The position numbers and the translations under genes are program-made. A stretch of 64,000 nt of DNA. Source: Laetmonice hystrix. Taxonomy: Eukaryota. Below the pieces are notes generated by a model. That model ran no database searches. It was not told the origin of the DNA and saw only the letters and a program-made list of their open reading frames with translations. Below are positions 25,434 to 39,150 of the stretch, one piece after another. Position 1 is the stretch's first letter; each line of letters starts with the position of its first letter. The DNA is taken from positions 39,868,001 through 39,932,000 of the forward strand of contig OZ249436.1 in assembly GCA_965235115.1 (NCBI GenBank), written 5' to 3'.

Positions 25434-26754
25434 GAGAATTGTTATTGGAAATCACAAGGTTCATTTTCTACGTGTTACACGCCGTTGTATCATTACTGAT
25501 GTAATATGTTTACATTTATGAGTCAGTTGTTCTGATTTGTGAAATGGTTTGGGTATAGCTGATTGGAAACATTATTAATCTGAGGCTACTTGACTGCAAA
25601 GATGTAACTGATTGTACCAACTACATGTGTATATGTACAGTAATCAAAAGAATCTTTTTAGAATTGCTCATTTATTTCTTAAGATTTGCTTTTGTTGGTT
25701 GTGTAAAGTTTAGGTGTATGAGTGATGAGTAGACAATGTAGACCCCCTTTTATTATGATATAATTTTTTTACCTAATTTAGCATAAAAAGCAATTTTTGA
25801 CTATGATTCCGAAACACTGGCTGACCTGATTGTTTTTATTGGTGTGGTGTATATTTTGTAATGGAGGCATTTACTGACTTTGCTCAACATCCGTACTTAC
25901 TGGTATTCTTTGTAGCACTGAGAAATGGCCCAAGTACCATTGTTTTGATTATATTCATATGTATATAGTTGCTGTATATTTGTAATGATTTTTTTCCCCT
26001 CGTACAATGTTTGTTGTCGTAAATCTTGACCTATGTAGCATATTTTATTGTTGAATTGTCGCTGTAGGTGCTTATAGTATGGTAGCTCCTGGAATCGGCT
26101 GGGAAATGATTATTTGAGTGATTGAGAACTTTGCCATCGTTACGAGTTTATACATACAGGAGGATTCTGTATATGTCGGAACGATACGTGGGGTATTTTT
26201 AGCAAATGCTACGGTACCCTTGCGAATTAGGCCTACTGATGTAGTCAAAGGGAACCGAACGTAGTCGTGAGGGCGGATTGATGTTTGTGCCTAGTTTATG
26301 AGGGGTAGCACGTTTGTTAACCGCTATTTAATTTATTACAGCAGGAATGATGTGCCGTAGTTTCTCCTTTTTTGATTGTCAGTTGAAAAAAATGCTCAGT
26401 TTAAAATCTTGTGAATGCCCTAACACTGTAAAGTGAGGGATGCCTGGATGTCTCTCGCCTCACAAAAGTGAAGAAATAAAAACTAGAGTTCATTCACAAT
26501 GGCGGCAGCTGGCCAACAAAATGATTCCTTTCATAATAAGATATAATCTATCTTCAATAGTGTTTTTGAAGTTTGTGGAGATGCACAAAACCCGGAAGAA
26601 AAATTGGAGCTTAATAAATTATAGAATTTTTATTCAGATTGGGAACGAACGTCTTGCCGATTGAAACAGCGTATGTTGACCGGTTAAATATATTGTAATT
26701 GTGTATTATCAGTTGCATATGAGGGAGGTACAAGTTAATTATGATAAACTATAG

Positions 26755-27098
26755 GAAGAGTCCACGGGAAAAACGATCTATGTCACATTTTAGTGATTTG
26801 CTAGAAAACGACGAAGAAAATTAAAAACGACTTTATGGACTTAGATCGTTTTCGTCTGTTGATATGTTGTGCCTATGCTGTACCATTGGACTTAGATCGT
26901 TCTTGTTCTGGACGCCGTGGACATAGATCGTTTTGGACAAGGATGCTAAATCATTATACCCCCACAGCTACGGACTCAGATCGAATTGACCTTTTTCTCT
27001 TGGGTTATAACAAAGCTTGATCAATAGTCAGGCAGATGGCGTAGTAATCGCCAATCCGACCAAGATGTGACATAGATCGTTTTTCCCGTGGACTCTTC
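26755..27098. mobile_element. TIR element with a 4-bp TSD
   Basis: GAAGAGTCCACGGGAAAAACGATCTATGTCACAT and its reverse complement at the right end; ATAG at 26751-26754 and 27099-27102; internal GGAC(T/A)TAGATCG repeats. Confidence 0.85.
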
Positions 27099-27548
27099 AT
27101 AGGTTAATCCAATGGATTGTATGGGGACAACCCATGATATATTGTGACCCGAGGATGTTACAAAACGAGTTACCATAGCAGTATGGAAGCATGTAAATCA
27201 TAGGTAGGATATCATGTATTGCCGTAGTAGTAGCCGTCGTTTTCCAATGTAGAAACATACGTGAAGGAGCCAGAGAGAAAGGATCATAGCATAAACAGTT
27301 TGCTCCGTCTTCCAGCAGTCTTTATGCCAGAATTCTAGCTAGAAGACCGAGACATACCATGTTTTACTGATTTCCATAGAATGACAGTGTGTCCTGACAT
27401 GGAAGGCCCGGGTTTCTTTCCATTTCCTTGCTAAACTTGAGCACCGCCATGAAAAGACCTCAGAGCAGCTGAAAATGTTAGAATTTACGCTTACCTCTGC
27501 AATATAACTTGTTTTTGGGGGGCTAAATATTGTTAATATTGTAGTCTG

Positions 27549-27820
27549 CAGGGGCGGATCCAGGATTTTGGAAAAGGGGGGGGGGGGCGGTTGGAATTAA
27601 AGGGGGGTCGAGCCCTGGTAGGGGGTCGGGGCATGCCCCCAGACAATTTTGAACATCTAGAGTCTCTGAAATGGCAATTCCTGAAATTTCCTGCATTCTG
27701 AGAAAGCAAAATGTTTGCTTTTACAGTTGCAAACAACAAAATTTTGCCTTTTTTCTGATTGGTACCTTGACGAAAGGGGGGGGGGCGGCCCCCTCGCCCC
27801 CCCCCCTAAATCCGCCCCTG
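27549..27820. mobile_element. CAG-ended MITE with a 5-bp TSD (hAT5-like)
   Basis: CAGGGGCGGAT ... ATCCGCCCCTG; GTCTG at 27544-27548 and 27821-27825. Confidence 0.8.
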
Positions 27821-28427
27821 GTCTGGATATAATGAGGTAATAAAGGCACAATCCGTGTATATTATATACCAGTGAAAGATCCTCACGACGCCATATGGTG
27901 GGGATGTCGTGGTATTAGATAAAGGACCAATTAGCCATTATTAGGAATACTGGCGTCATTATAATCCATGTGTATATAACTTGCCCCACTTACTCTAGGA
28001 TGGTGGTGATGGTATATTTTACTCAAGTAGAATTTAGGGTAAACTAATATGCTGGTTTCATTTTACCGAGATTTTTTACGGTAGTCGCGCTCTGGTGCTC
28101 AGGTAATGTGAGTTTTGTGAACGTCGCGTCAGTATATTTTTTAACTAGATATAATACGTGTAAGCCTACAATCTGAACGGTACTATTTCTCTATGGATTT
28201 TGTATAATGTTCACGGCTATGGAATAGAATAAAAGAAGAAAATGTTGAAGCGCACGACAACTAATTGATGAACGGGAAAAACTTCTGTCGTTGTTCTGTG
28301 ATGCTCTAAGCATGGCGTGCATAGGGCCTATGCATAACAGCGTGGCGTTTTCTGGAGATTACTAAGGTACCCGTATGGGGCTGGGTGGGGGTTAGGGGTG
28401 TGAGGGAGGTGGGGGTTGGGGGGGGGG

Positions 28428-29632
28428 GGGGCTAGGGGGACGAGGGGATACCAAAGTACCTAAGTGCGCCGTCTATGTTCACGCTCTGTGGTACAGTCAA
28501 CTGGGGCGCCACCTGTCGGTCTGATTGGCATTATGGCACCCCATTAGGTGGGAGGGAAGGGTTGACAGTAGGGATTAGACTTGATAAATAGGGCAGGAGA
28601 GGGTCTAAGGCGATAAGGGGGTGTAAAAATTCTGTAAGCTCGGAATCCTAAAAATAGTTACAATCATGCATATTATCGCCACTCCCTAACATTGTAGGCC
28701 CGTGTTTTGTTTTTTCATATCGGATCCCTTTAGTGTGACATCTGACATCATTCATTTTTCTTAAATGCTAAATCATTTATTCAGGAATCGAAAGATATCA
28801 AAAATCCCGTCATTAAAGCACATAGTCCAGCTGTTCACAGTTGGAAATTTTAAACTGGGAAGAGGATAACTCCCCTTAGATCCGCTTGGGGGCGCGCCTG
28901 TCTGAATGTTCTCGTAATAGCCACCAGAGGGAGGTATTGTATCCAGTGCCGTTACCCATCGACTGGTAGTTTGTGTTCGAGGTCTCATAGCCATTGTATT
29001 AGGCGGCGGAAAGATTGTGGCCAGGGGCTAGGGGGACGAGGGGATACCAAAGTACCTAAGTGCGCCCTGTATGTTTACGCTCTGTGATGCAGTCAACTGG
29101 GGCGCCACCTGTCGGTGTGATTGGCAGTATGGCACCCCTTTAGGTGGGAGGGAAGGGTTGGCAGTAGGGATTAGACTTGATAAATAGGGTAGGAGAGGGT
29201 CTAAGGCGATAAGGGGGTGTAAAAATTCTGTAAACTCAGAATCCTAAAAATAGTTACAATCATGCATGTTATCGCCTCTCCCTAACATTGTAGGCCGATG
29301 GCTTTAAATAAAGGTTCAGTGCTTTGTTTTTTCATATCGGATCCCTTCAGTGTGACATCTGACATCATTCATTTTTCTTAAATTCTAAATCATTTATTCA
29401 GGAATCGAAAGGATATAAAAAATCCCGTCATTAAAGCACATAGTCCAGCTGTTGGAAATTTTAAACTGGGAAGAGGATAACTCCCCTTAGATCCGCTTGG
29501 GGGCGCGCCTGTCTGAATGTTCTCGTAATAGCCACCAGAGGGAGGTATTGTATCCAATGCCGTTACCCATCGACTGGTAGTTTGTGTTTGGGACTCATAG
29601 CCATTGTATTAGGCGTCGGAAAGATTGTGGCC
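28428..29632. repeat. Head-to-tail tandem duplication of a ~600-bp unit
   Basis: Units begin GGGGCTAGGGGG(G)ACGAGGGGATACCAAAG (~28428 and ~29024) and end GAAAGATTGTGGCC (29022 and 29632); scattered substitutions and small indels. Confidence 0.92.
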
Positions 29633-30151
29633 TAGAGATCACGTATACTAAGTATACTAAGATTATCTCGAAGAAATTCATATTTCAGTAAGTTTAAAAT
29701 GTATTTGAAACTGTGCGGTTTTAATGGTGCGCAGTACCTATAGACTCTTCTACATGTATCATCATTATTTGGGGGGGGGGGGGGGGCAAGAGAGCTGAAG
29801 CGAAAGTCATAGGTTTACAACATGTTTAGTAAAGCAGGGTCAGAAAGAAGCCCTCCGCGAGAAAATTTTGAAAACTACAATCCTAAAACGATTTTCTACA
29901 CCATTAATTTTGAGGCAGGATTTTTTATGTTTTGAAGGCGTGAATGAACAGATTAGGCCCTACCATGTATCATTGGGCCAATCGACCCAGTCTTTGATGC
30001 ACCCAGGTTTCAACAGGCCTAGTGTATGTGGAAAACCCTGCCTTTTTTCATTCATTATCACAGATTATTGGGGGGGGGGCGATGACCCCCCCCAACCAGA
30101 TTATTGAGGGGGCGGTCGCCCCCTGCCCCCCCCCCCCGCTACTGGCGCCTA

Positions 30152-30508
30152 TGACATGGTTAAGATTAGAATACAGAGGGATTCCGAATCCAACCGGCTG
30201 AGATCGGAAGTCGGAAATGAACACAATAAAGCTAACCATATCCTTTAACCTAACTATAAACCCAACCTAGGAGGTTCCTGAACCTAACCCCGTCCCCTAA
30301 GTGAGTACCTAAAACTAGCCTAAATCTCTAGCGGTGTTCGTTAACCCCAACCCATAGATCTAAGGCCACGGAATTGGTTAAAAAGATCATTCCAATTTCA
30401 ATCCTGACACATGCATGTAAGATTCCAGTCTCAGCTGGTTGAGATTGGAATTTCAATCTGAGCCAGTTGGATTCGGAATCCATCCGGATTCTAATCTTAA
30501 CCATGACA
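30152..30508. mobile_element. TIR element with CTAACC-rich core
   Basis: TGACATGGTTAAGATTAGAAT...GGATTCCGAATCCAAC and its inverse GTTGGATTCGGAATCC...ATTCTAATCTTAACCATGACA. Confidence 0.75.
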
Positions 30509-30949
30509 TTATGTCTCTATTAGCGTCATTCGTCTGGCTTAAGGCCCAAAAGCGCTTATACGTGTTGTTAATTCGGCCTATATAGAGTCTAGTAATAGCC
30601 TACTAATCCCTCTAATAAAGTGGCATGCCTATAAACAGGAAGCCCGTCGTATGGACTATGGTAATCGCAGGACCATATTATAGATCTACGGACATGAAAT
30701 GACAGATAGACCCTGGTGCCGGTATATCATAATGTTATCCAATAAAATTTTCGTATGCCTAAGAGAGTGTCTCTCCAGACCGTGTAAAACAACCGTCGCC
30801 GTTAGGGCTTATGGGGTTAAAACGTCCCTTATTATTGCCTTGATGAGGGTAGCCTATACAAGTGTACCATTTTATCTGTCGGAGATCGGCACCTCAACGA
30901 TTACAACCGAGATAGCTCTTCGGCTTACTCTCATTCCGAGTCCGACCTG

Positions 30950-31465
30950 TTATCTTCGAAATACGTCACTCATATGACTTCCTCGGTTCCTTCGCTGACG
31001 TCGTCTGGTCAGCTCGTTTTGCTCACTGTCAGATGAACGGGTGGCGTACATGGCGATGTCTTGCAGGCAACGCTTCCGGTATTGACCCCGTACCTCGTCT
31101 GTTTCTTGGCGCTCCCGGACCTCATGTCGGACGTTCTGGAAGTGGGCTGCCACATTTCTTTCAAGATGACGTCCCTTCCTCTTTAGCATATACATGGAGT
31201 ACGCGAGGTCGTTTTTCTGTTGTAACAACAGTGACTGCCAATTATAGTCATCCGGCTCCCCCGCTGCAGGTCCGGTTGAAGACGATAGATCTCCTTCAGT
31301 TGCTGCATGTGTCCGATTGGGTAACCTTAGCGGAGGAAGCCGTGCATAATGTCCGAAACTGCGGCCCGCTTGAGGCTGAACACCAAGTATTGCAACTCGA
31401 GCCTTCCTTTGTCCTCTGAGGGGTCCCTTTTCCAACCGGGGCAAATCACAGTTTTGGTTTCTCAT
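30950..31465 (-). CDS. Uncharacterised basic protein (171-aa ORF, predicted helical C-terminal half)
   Basis: ATG ORF preceded by an acceptor TTTTTTATCAG (31479-31477); more GC-rich than its flanks; no recognised domain. Confidence 0.55.
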   Translation of the reverse strand: MRNQNCDLPRLEKGPLRGQRKARVAILGVQPQAGRSFGHYARLPPLRLPNRTHAATEGDLSSSTGPAAGEPDDYNWQSLLLQQKNDLAYSMYMLKRKGRHLERNVAAHFQNVRHEVRERQETDEVRGQYRKRCLQDIAMYATRSSDSEQNELTRRRQRRNRGSHMSDVFRR

Positions 31466-32574
31466 TGTTGCGTCTCCTGATAAAAAATTAACTGATTAAG
31501 TATTCTTTCTCGTAAAAATCTGTGAGCTTGTAGATCACGTGCCGCGCGCCACAAGATTATCTCATGCCAAGAAAGCAATTGCTCGTGGATATCCTTCGCC
31601 CTAATTGCCGGATGCAGGTCTATTCATAACATGGACAAGCTAGACAAACGTGGTCATTATAAAATAAAAACCGTATTGAAAAACTGCCTTTCATGTGTCT
31701 TTACCAAAGTGAAGTGCCATTCTTGTAATCATAAGCTTGCAGCCAGCTATAAGGAAGAACGCTTTAGAATCTACCGAAGCAACACTGGCATTTTCATGTG
31801 GTCTGTTTCGAGCGCTCTAATCTTGTTCAAACGTTGGCGTGACATTGTTAGGAAGGCTTACGATACGAGACTTAGTCACTTAGAATAAAGTAGCCTACAC
31901 CTATATCGGAAGCCAAGTTTGTACATGCCAGCCGCGCCATGGTAAGAAGGACGTTGGGTACGAAGGGTGTGTGTGTGTGATCCTGCATGGGCGGTGAGAG
32001 ATACCGGAATCTCCTCGTGTTTACCGGAATCCCCCGGGATCTACCGGAATCCCCCTCCCTTGAATTTATATTCAGAACCCTCCAAAATATCCCAGGGACA
32101 TATTGGCTTCCACCGGGCTTTACCGGATTGGACTTAATTAAGGAAAAACGTAAATGGCTAAATACCGGAATCCCTTGTAGGCCATAGTTTGCCCCATGCA
32201 GGGGGAACCCGGTATTTAGTGCTGAACCCACCAAGGCGATTCCCCTTGCGACGGCCATGCGGTTTTTGATTTAATGGTGGAATTTCACTCTGAAATTTTT
32301 CCTGGCTGGCCTTCTCCGTTTCAGGAAATGGGTTCCATCCTTTAATCTCAAAATTACAAAAATAAAAGGGTGAAAATCACATGGACGTCGCAAGGGGAAT
32401 CGCATTAGTTCAGCACTTTAGTCATTTAAGGACTAGACGAATAAGCTTTCGGTTCCAGCTGTGTTGGTTAATCTACAAATAGGCCTAATGATTTATTGCT
32501 CACCTGCTGACTTGACCAGATGACCCGTTTTTTGATTAACATAAGCTAGAAACGGAAGTGCATAAACTTACGTA

Positions 32575-33411
32575 GGGGAGACCGGGGGCAATTGTATTTT
32601 GTCACAGTATTGGTGTTTACGGAAAGCCCTACTGAACTGGAGGGTCTCCAATAATATCGACATTTACCCCAATGTTTCCTCTATTATACAGACCAAAATG
32701 GTTGTAATCAAACGATAAGTTATGGAGAACGGGACAATTCTCCAACGGGTGTCGAGTGTTACGATCGTCTCCTATACAAGGGTCACACCCCAGGGTCAGT
32801 TGTAATGGGACGAAAAAGGGGTAAAGTGTCCATTTAGAAAGTAATTTTTATTCTCAATACGATTCCAACAAATACAAAAGACTGCTCTTATTTCAGAAAA
32901 AGAATAGGCGCCCTATTACAATTACATGAAACATGAATGCCACCCAACACATGCATGTACATAGATGGTTGGAATGATTAGGAATGATCAGGTGCCTAGG
33001 TGTTAATTCAATTGTAACGTGTGTTACAATCGTCCCTAGATGCACCAGTCTGCTGTTCATGCCCCCACATGATTTGGCTTTAGCCAAACGCATGTTGAAT
33101 GCTAGCAATTTATAGCGTAATGTGTACTTAATTCACTGCACGCTATAAAATCCACCGTACAGTATCTCTAAATGTAAGGACATAAGACGAAAAAATAATG
33201 AATGCCGAAAAATTACTCATGTGGTCGGAAAAAAGTTTTTTTCATGATAAAACTATTGTACGTCGAGCGATTCATTGGCTGCTTTTCCCACAGGTATAGC
33301 GTGTCTGTAGGGCAGGTTATCACGTGGTTTGCCGCGCTCGAATCGAATTTGTTTTTGGACATATTTGCATTGTTACAATTGACCGGTGTCACATTTGTCC
33401 CCGGTCTCCCC
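32575..33411. mobile_element. Tc1/pogo-type non-autonomous element
   Basis: TA-GGGGAGACCGGGG ... CCCCGGTCTCCCC-TA; internal TGTTACAAT/ATTGTAAC repeats; no transposase ORF. Confidence 0.8.
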
Positions 33412-35915
33412 TATTTCTTGGAACGCACCCACCACAAAGCATACGACGATCGAAACAGCAAACAATACTTATTTACTGTCAGCTGCAATAAATAAAAAAA
33501 CAAAAGATTATGAATCGGAGGCAATGAATACGGATTGTCGACAGAAAATGTCCTCGTCCCAACGCCGGCTTTGTTTGGATCGCGGTTCGGTGTGAATTAA
33601 TTCATGTAGAAAATTGTCCCCTTTCATTTCTTTTCTATGCGGTCTTTACTCGGCTGGCTTGTTATCAAATTTTCATTGTTAATAAACATCCCCCATTGCA
33701 GAGTTGGCAATTACACAATATTTTCATAATTCAGGCACAATGTCCCAAACCTAACCCTGACTTAATTTTCGGTCCCCAATGCTTTCCCCTCAAAAGATCC
33801 TATGCCTATTGAGGTTATGCAGGTGACATATTTTGCAGGGACAACAAACCGAGGTACATGTATTTTGATAATTAGGCCCTGGACAATTGAAGCCAATGAA
33901 CCGTGACCCGACTCCGCCAATGCCCATGCACATAAACATAATCATGCTGTTTCCCTCCAATTGACGTTACTCGCTCGTAACCTAACCCCGCCACATCATT
34001 TCGGGAGTATACTACCACCACAGAATAACCGCTTAAACCCATCTAGAAATATTGATTTACTCGATTAAACATCGTTGTATGTCTGAGGCTTCAGCATTTT
34101 GATCCTAGTAACGCCAAGGGGGATTTGCAGGAAACGCCTTCAAAGGCAGCAGTTATACCGGCCCCAAATGTCACTCTCTCAAGGGTTAGAACCACACTCT
34201 GACTAATAATGGGTGTGCGATCTCAACAGCTGTAGGAACCACACCACACACAACTTGAAACAAAAAATTACTCCGCCAGAACCCGGGGCAATCCAGCTCG
34301 TCAATTTAACTCTCGGAGGCAGAAAGGAGATATAAAAGAAAGAAGGCGCACACAGTATTGTGGCTGTGTAGATTCCCTGAACAGCATGGATTTATTCAGG
34401 TAGGTTGCGGAGACCCGACCTTTTAGCTACGCACACGCTGGAGGGAGAACACGTACACGGGTCCATAACGCCGCCTGACTCTGATAAGGTCTAAACTCTT
34501 CCTCAAAATGAGGATAGGTCAGAGACAACCTTCCCGCGAAATTCACAGGACAACCACCGGTGTCTCCTCCAGTAGTCTAGACAGCGCTTTGTTTTGGAGT
34601 TGTCCTGGAAACGTTTACAGATTCATCTATTCGCGGGAGGTTTGTCAGGCGCTGGAGAATTTCCAACAGACCAACCATCATCCAATGAAAACCCACATAG
34701 ACATCGTCCGTCTACCAGAAATATACGCCGACATGCTTTTTATGCGCAGGAGCAGGTCAAATCTGACACAGACGTTCAGGGCACCGGCCAAAAGAGACAT
34801 CCCACAACATCACAGAAAGGGAACAACACACAGAGCTATAGCACGGGCCAACACAGACGTGACGATCACAAAACTAGATTCTTCAATTAGTAGGCAGAAT
34901 AATGGTAGCCCTTGTGACAGGAGAAGCTCCGAGCCAGTCTTTGGATCGAACAACTTCACGCAACGGCGATAACAGGCAGGCAGAACGGAATAATTTGTGC
35001 ACACTCAGATTGGACATGGTAACGGTATCATTGACTTACATACTACAAATACGACTGTATACATGTATATAGTAAACACTGAGACTCGAAGCTACATAGA
35101 TGGTCCAGAGGAACTAACATCAAAAGAAACATTATCAGTATGTTCATCATGTTTAGCCCTATACAAATTAAACGTTTTAAAAGTGGGCTACAGCACAGTC
35201 GGCAACTAAAATAAATATGTAGAATGGGCAGGAAGATAAATACGCGTTGAATTTGAGATAAAACCTTATAAAATAACGCAGATACTAGTTTTGTTGGGGA
35301 TCGAACTCATCGATATTAATTGGAGAAGCATTCAAATGGAGCGAAGAAGACACCTATACACATTTTGTTGAAGTTCTTGATTAGTCAACATACTGTCAGG
35401 CATACTCTAAACATAGGCCTACATCCGCCCCGGCCATGTTGTAGCCGCATGCCATTTTTTGAGCCAAAAAAAAAATCACCGGGAAAAGCCTTCGGACGCC
35501 AAACATAGCAACGATAGGTCCCAACCTCCAACCCCGTAAAACATGCTGAAACGTGCACCACTCAGATGCCGAACCAGCCAAGCCATAGTGTGAAAAGACA
35601 TAATACATGTAGGCCTATAATTCTATAAAAGTCGCTGTCCAGGCGCCCGTGTTACCATCAACTCCTATTGTTAAGTGGGCAACCCGTCACTTTACCTGCA
35701 TGGGCATTGAGGTATGAATAAATCGCACCACCGATTCATGATAAATTTCAGGACGAAAAAGAGTGAAGCTGATACGGTACATCTAGACATTCACAATATT
35801 TGCATGGTTCGGCATAGGTTCCCCTAAAGCCTAACAAATGAGACCTCGCATTTGAAAAAATACAGGTGTACAAAACATGAAGTAGCTCTCTTCCGGAAAC
35901 TCTTAAGCTCCAGCA

Positions 35916-37624
35916 TTACACACTGATACTGGCGGATGAGCAACTGTCTGGTCTCCCTGCTTTGAGGCACACTTCCATAGCGATCGATGGGAGCGCCTGC
36001 TGGCCCATCGCCGACACAAGGCTCTTGGGCATAGGAGTGTCCCTGCCAACTGGCGTGCGCAACGGCAACGTTTGTTCAGTTCTCAGTGGTTCATCATACG
36101 AGCGATACACTGCCCGTCTCATATCTCGTGGCTCAAGTTCATGTCGAGTTTGACATTTACGCATGGAGACGTAGTCCTTGTAAATATCAGGTAATCGAGG
36201 AATGTCAGCTTCCAAATACCTCGATCGGTAACCGTGTGGATAGCGCCGGCCCGACCAAAAGCCGTATTTCCTTAAAGCATATTCAACAGCCTTTGAATAT
36301 GCAAATTCGGCGACCTGTGGGCTCTGTGATGCGGACGCTTTCCGCGACGACCTCCCAGAGGGCGTCGCCGGAGGATGTGGATTGTCTAACGATAATGACG
36401 GAAATGCTGGCGTCCTTGTCGGAGTGTTTAGCTTGGACTTGCTGTTCCAATTGCACCTTCCTCCATTTCCGTTCCTATTGCTATCGATTGGTGGTAAGAA
36501 CGGCGTGGTCTTGGCGGCTTCCTGTTTACCATTTGTTGGGGAGTTGGAGTTGGCCTGTGCAACCTTCCCGCCTTTTGCGCATTTGATTGTGCGGTTCATA
36601 TTACCAAGATCATTGCCAATCTCTGAAAATAAAGAACCCGAATGAAGTGTATGACAACTATTACCTGCCAAAATATCACTAAAGTTAACTTTTAGATATG
36701 TTTAGTAACTACTCGGGGACTTTGAGATGCTACATAAATTTAGAAGAGTTTGGGCAAGATTGTCTATAATTAAGACCACATTATCTCACATTTGCGAAGT
36801 ATATCTGTTTACTTAATACACTTTGCATTGCTGCTGTGTGGTAAAAATATAGTAATAAATATTACATCATATATAATGTTAATCAGATTTGTAAGCAATG
36901 CATTATAAACAAAAAGAGCCACATAAACATGTTTGCATATGGCATGTTTCTTCTTACAAATAAATCGAGACAAGCCAAAACAATAATCACTCATTTACGT
37001 ATACGCAAACTGGCATATGTATGTGCTACAGCTATGGATTATCTGTTAAAAATGCTTTTACAATAAATTATCGGCCACAATGCAGGCTGGTCGACGACCA
37101 CAATCCTTTTTTTTTACAAACACAGCCCCCTTTTTTACAATATAGGACTGGTGCTTTGCAGTAAACATATTCCAGGCGTATGCTATCTCATTCCCTTCTG
37201 GCAGGAGATTTGGCCGTGGGCATTTTATATCCAACCACACCAGACTGTAGTCTGGCAGTTTTGGCCGGAACTTCTATGGATGAGGCGCCACGTGGGTATC
37301 ATTTTATTTCATTTTAGGATCCAATATGGCGGAATGGCGGCCATATTTTTTATGCTTATCCAGTAACAAAGATGTATCGGCCTCGAATATACTTATCGTT
37401 AGAAATAAACACGCATAGGAACTTTCTTTGGTAGATTTCCCTTTGACCTTAGGTCAATATACCAACGCCAACGGCACACAACATCATCAACCCTTCAAAT
37501 ATAATGGCATTGGGGATATAGTGGCGTTGTGCTCAAAATGAGCCAACTTTGGCCTATGTGCCTACATGTGGTGGAAAAACCACGCCTTTCACTGATGCCA
37601 TAACATGTGGTACTTACCATCCAT
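35916..37624 (-). CDS. Uncharacterised 237-aa protein; exons 37624-37618 and 36622-35916
   Basis: accATGGATG|GTAAGT (good Kozak context, phase-1 donor) joins in frame to TTTATTTTCAG|AGATTGGC, giving MDEIGNDLGNMNRTIK... The 707-nt second exon is open to the stop; no recognised domain. Confidence 0.65.
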
Positions 37625-38485
37625 GGTCCAGATACAAGCGGACAGACTGACGAGACGATCTGGTCATACGGTCATTCACACACTGGACAACTATAGGCCT
37701 GAATACGTACCCAAGGAACAGGATCCTAGATCGCAGGGAATTCGCCCCTAAAATTTTTCCATAAGGAATAAATGCTTAGTTTTCATGGAACTGTTTCTCT
37801 TCGTGTCAACGTCTCGAAAGTAGTATGCATCCTTGCAAGAGTCGCCAGTTCTGTTGAATTTGTTTCTTAGAATGTGAAATAGCTGTAGAGGGTTAATCCA
37901 TGGTAGGTCGTGTCAAAGGATAGGCCTATGTTGCTCTCAGTTGGTCGAAATAAGCAGTTTTAATCCTTTGCCAACCGATACAAGCAGTTTGATTCCAGAC
38001 TTTTGGCACGTAGTCGCTTCAGGTTATTAGATGTAGCCACTCTCCCGAGACAAAGCTCACAGCATAAAGGAACTCAATATCAAAGTAGGCATACCTATAC
38101 CTGCCTCGGTGTATGCCCCTGACTACTGGACGGCAATGTATACATGTAGGCCCTATTGACTACGAACTGTCAACAACTATAAACATCAGCAGTCACCAGT
38201 GCTGGTGCCGTGTTCATACTTCTAGGCCTAGTTGCCGGGAGAACTTCTGCCGGCGGAAATGATAAGGTCTGATAAAGATCAGCGTTCAGACTACCCACGC
38301 TTTTTCGGGGGAACTTTCTTGCCGCTATAGCGGTAGTGAGGTCCCTAGGAATTACCTACACAATTATATGTTTTGGAAAAAAAGTGGAATTTTATAAAAT
38401 TCATGAGAACTAAATACGTCATATGAAAACAGACTTATTGGACACACATGGTAATTTAATCCAGAGGGGAGTGTGAGGTTGGTTA

Positions 38486-39150
38486 TACCCCCATCACACT
38501 GGATAAAGACCTTACGGCGACCTCGCAGATCGCCGTTGGTCGCCGTCAACATCAGAAAACCCCTCCAAGTGTGACTGCAATGCCGCTCCCACCCTGCTGC
38601 CACGACGTGGAAAAATGCAATTCTCGGACAATTTAGGCCGTCCCTACCACGTCGTATGGCGTTGCTACCACGTCCTATACGATCACACTGCGCTCACTGC
38701 GCAGCAAGAACGCAGCTCTGACGTCATGAGCGCAGCGGCAGCACCGTGCGGAGCGTGTAAAGGGCTCATTAGGGTCACCGAGGTCTCGGTAGCATCGTGG
38801 TAAGAGCGCCGGGCCAGCGCCATGGGACGGGAAGGCCGATGCTACACCGTTCACTGGCGCTCGACCTGCGCTCTCAGGAATCTGGTACTGCGCTCCTAGG
38901 ACGTTGATGGTGATCGCATTTCGATCTAACTGCGCTTTTAGATCCACGGCGACCCTGCGGCGTAAATTTTGTGCATGTTCAAAATTGGTCGCCGCTAATG
39001 GCGCTCATGGTGACCATATGACGACCCAGGGAGACACTATCTCGCTCCTATGACGCTCAGAAGGACCTCAAGGCACTCTATCCACGCTCTACGGCGATCT
39101 GGCCCATTTTCTAGAGCGCAGCTAGATCGCCTTCTAGTGTGATGGGGGTA
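38486..39150. mobile_element. PIF/Harbinger-type MITE
   Basis: TACCCCCATCACACT ... AGTGTGATGGGGGTA; TTA at 38483-38485 and 39151-39153; GC-rich interior. Confidence 0.85.

Noticed and set aside
27355..27470. Possible minus-strand exon bounded by cag and gtatgt
   Set aside because: No recognisable product and no partner exons could be linked.
34100..35000. 154-aa ORF with a LFWSCP string reminiscent of L1/Tx1 ORF2 C-termini
   Set aside because: Only one short motif and no RT motifs; may be a decayed element but cannot be supported by eye.
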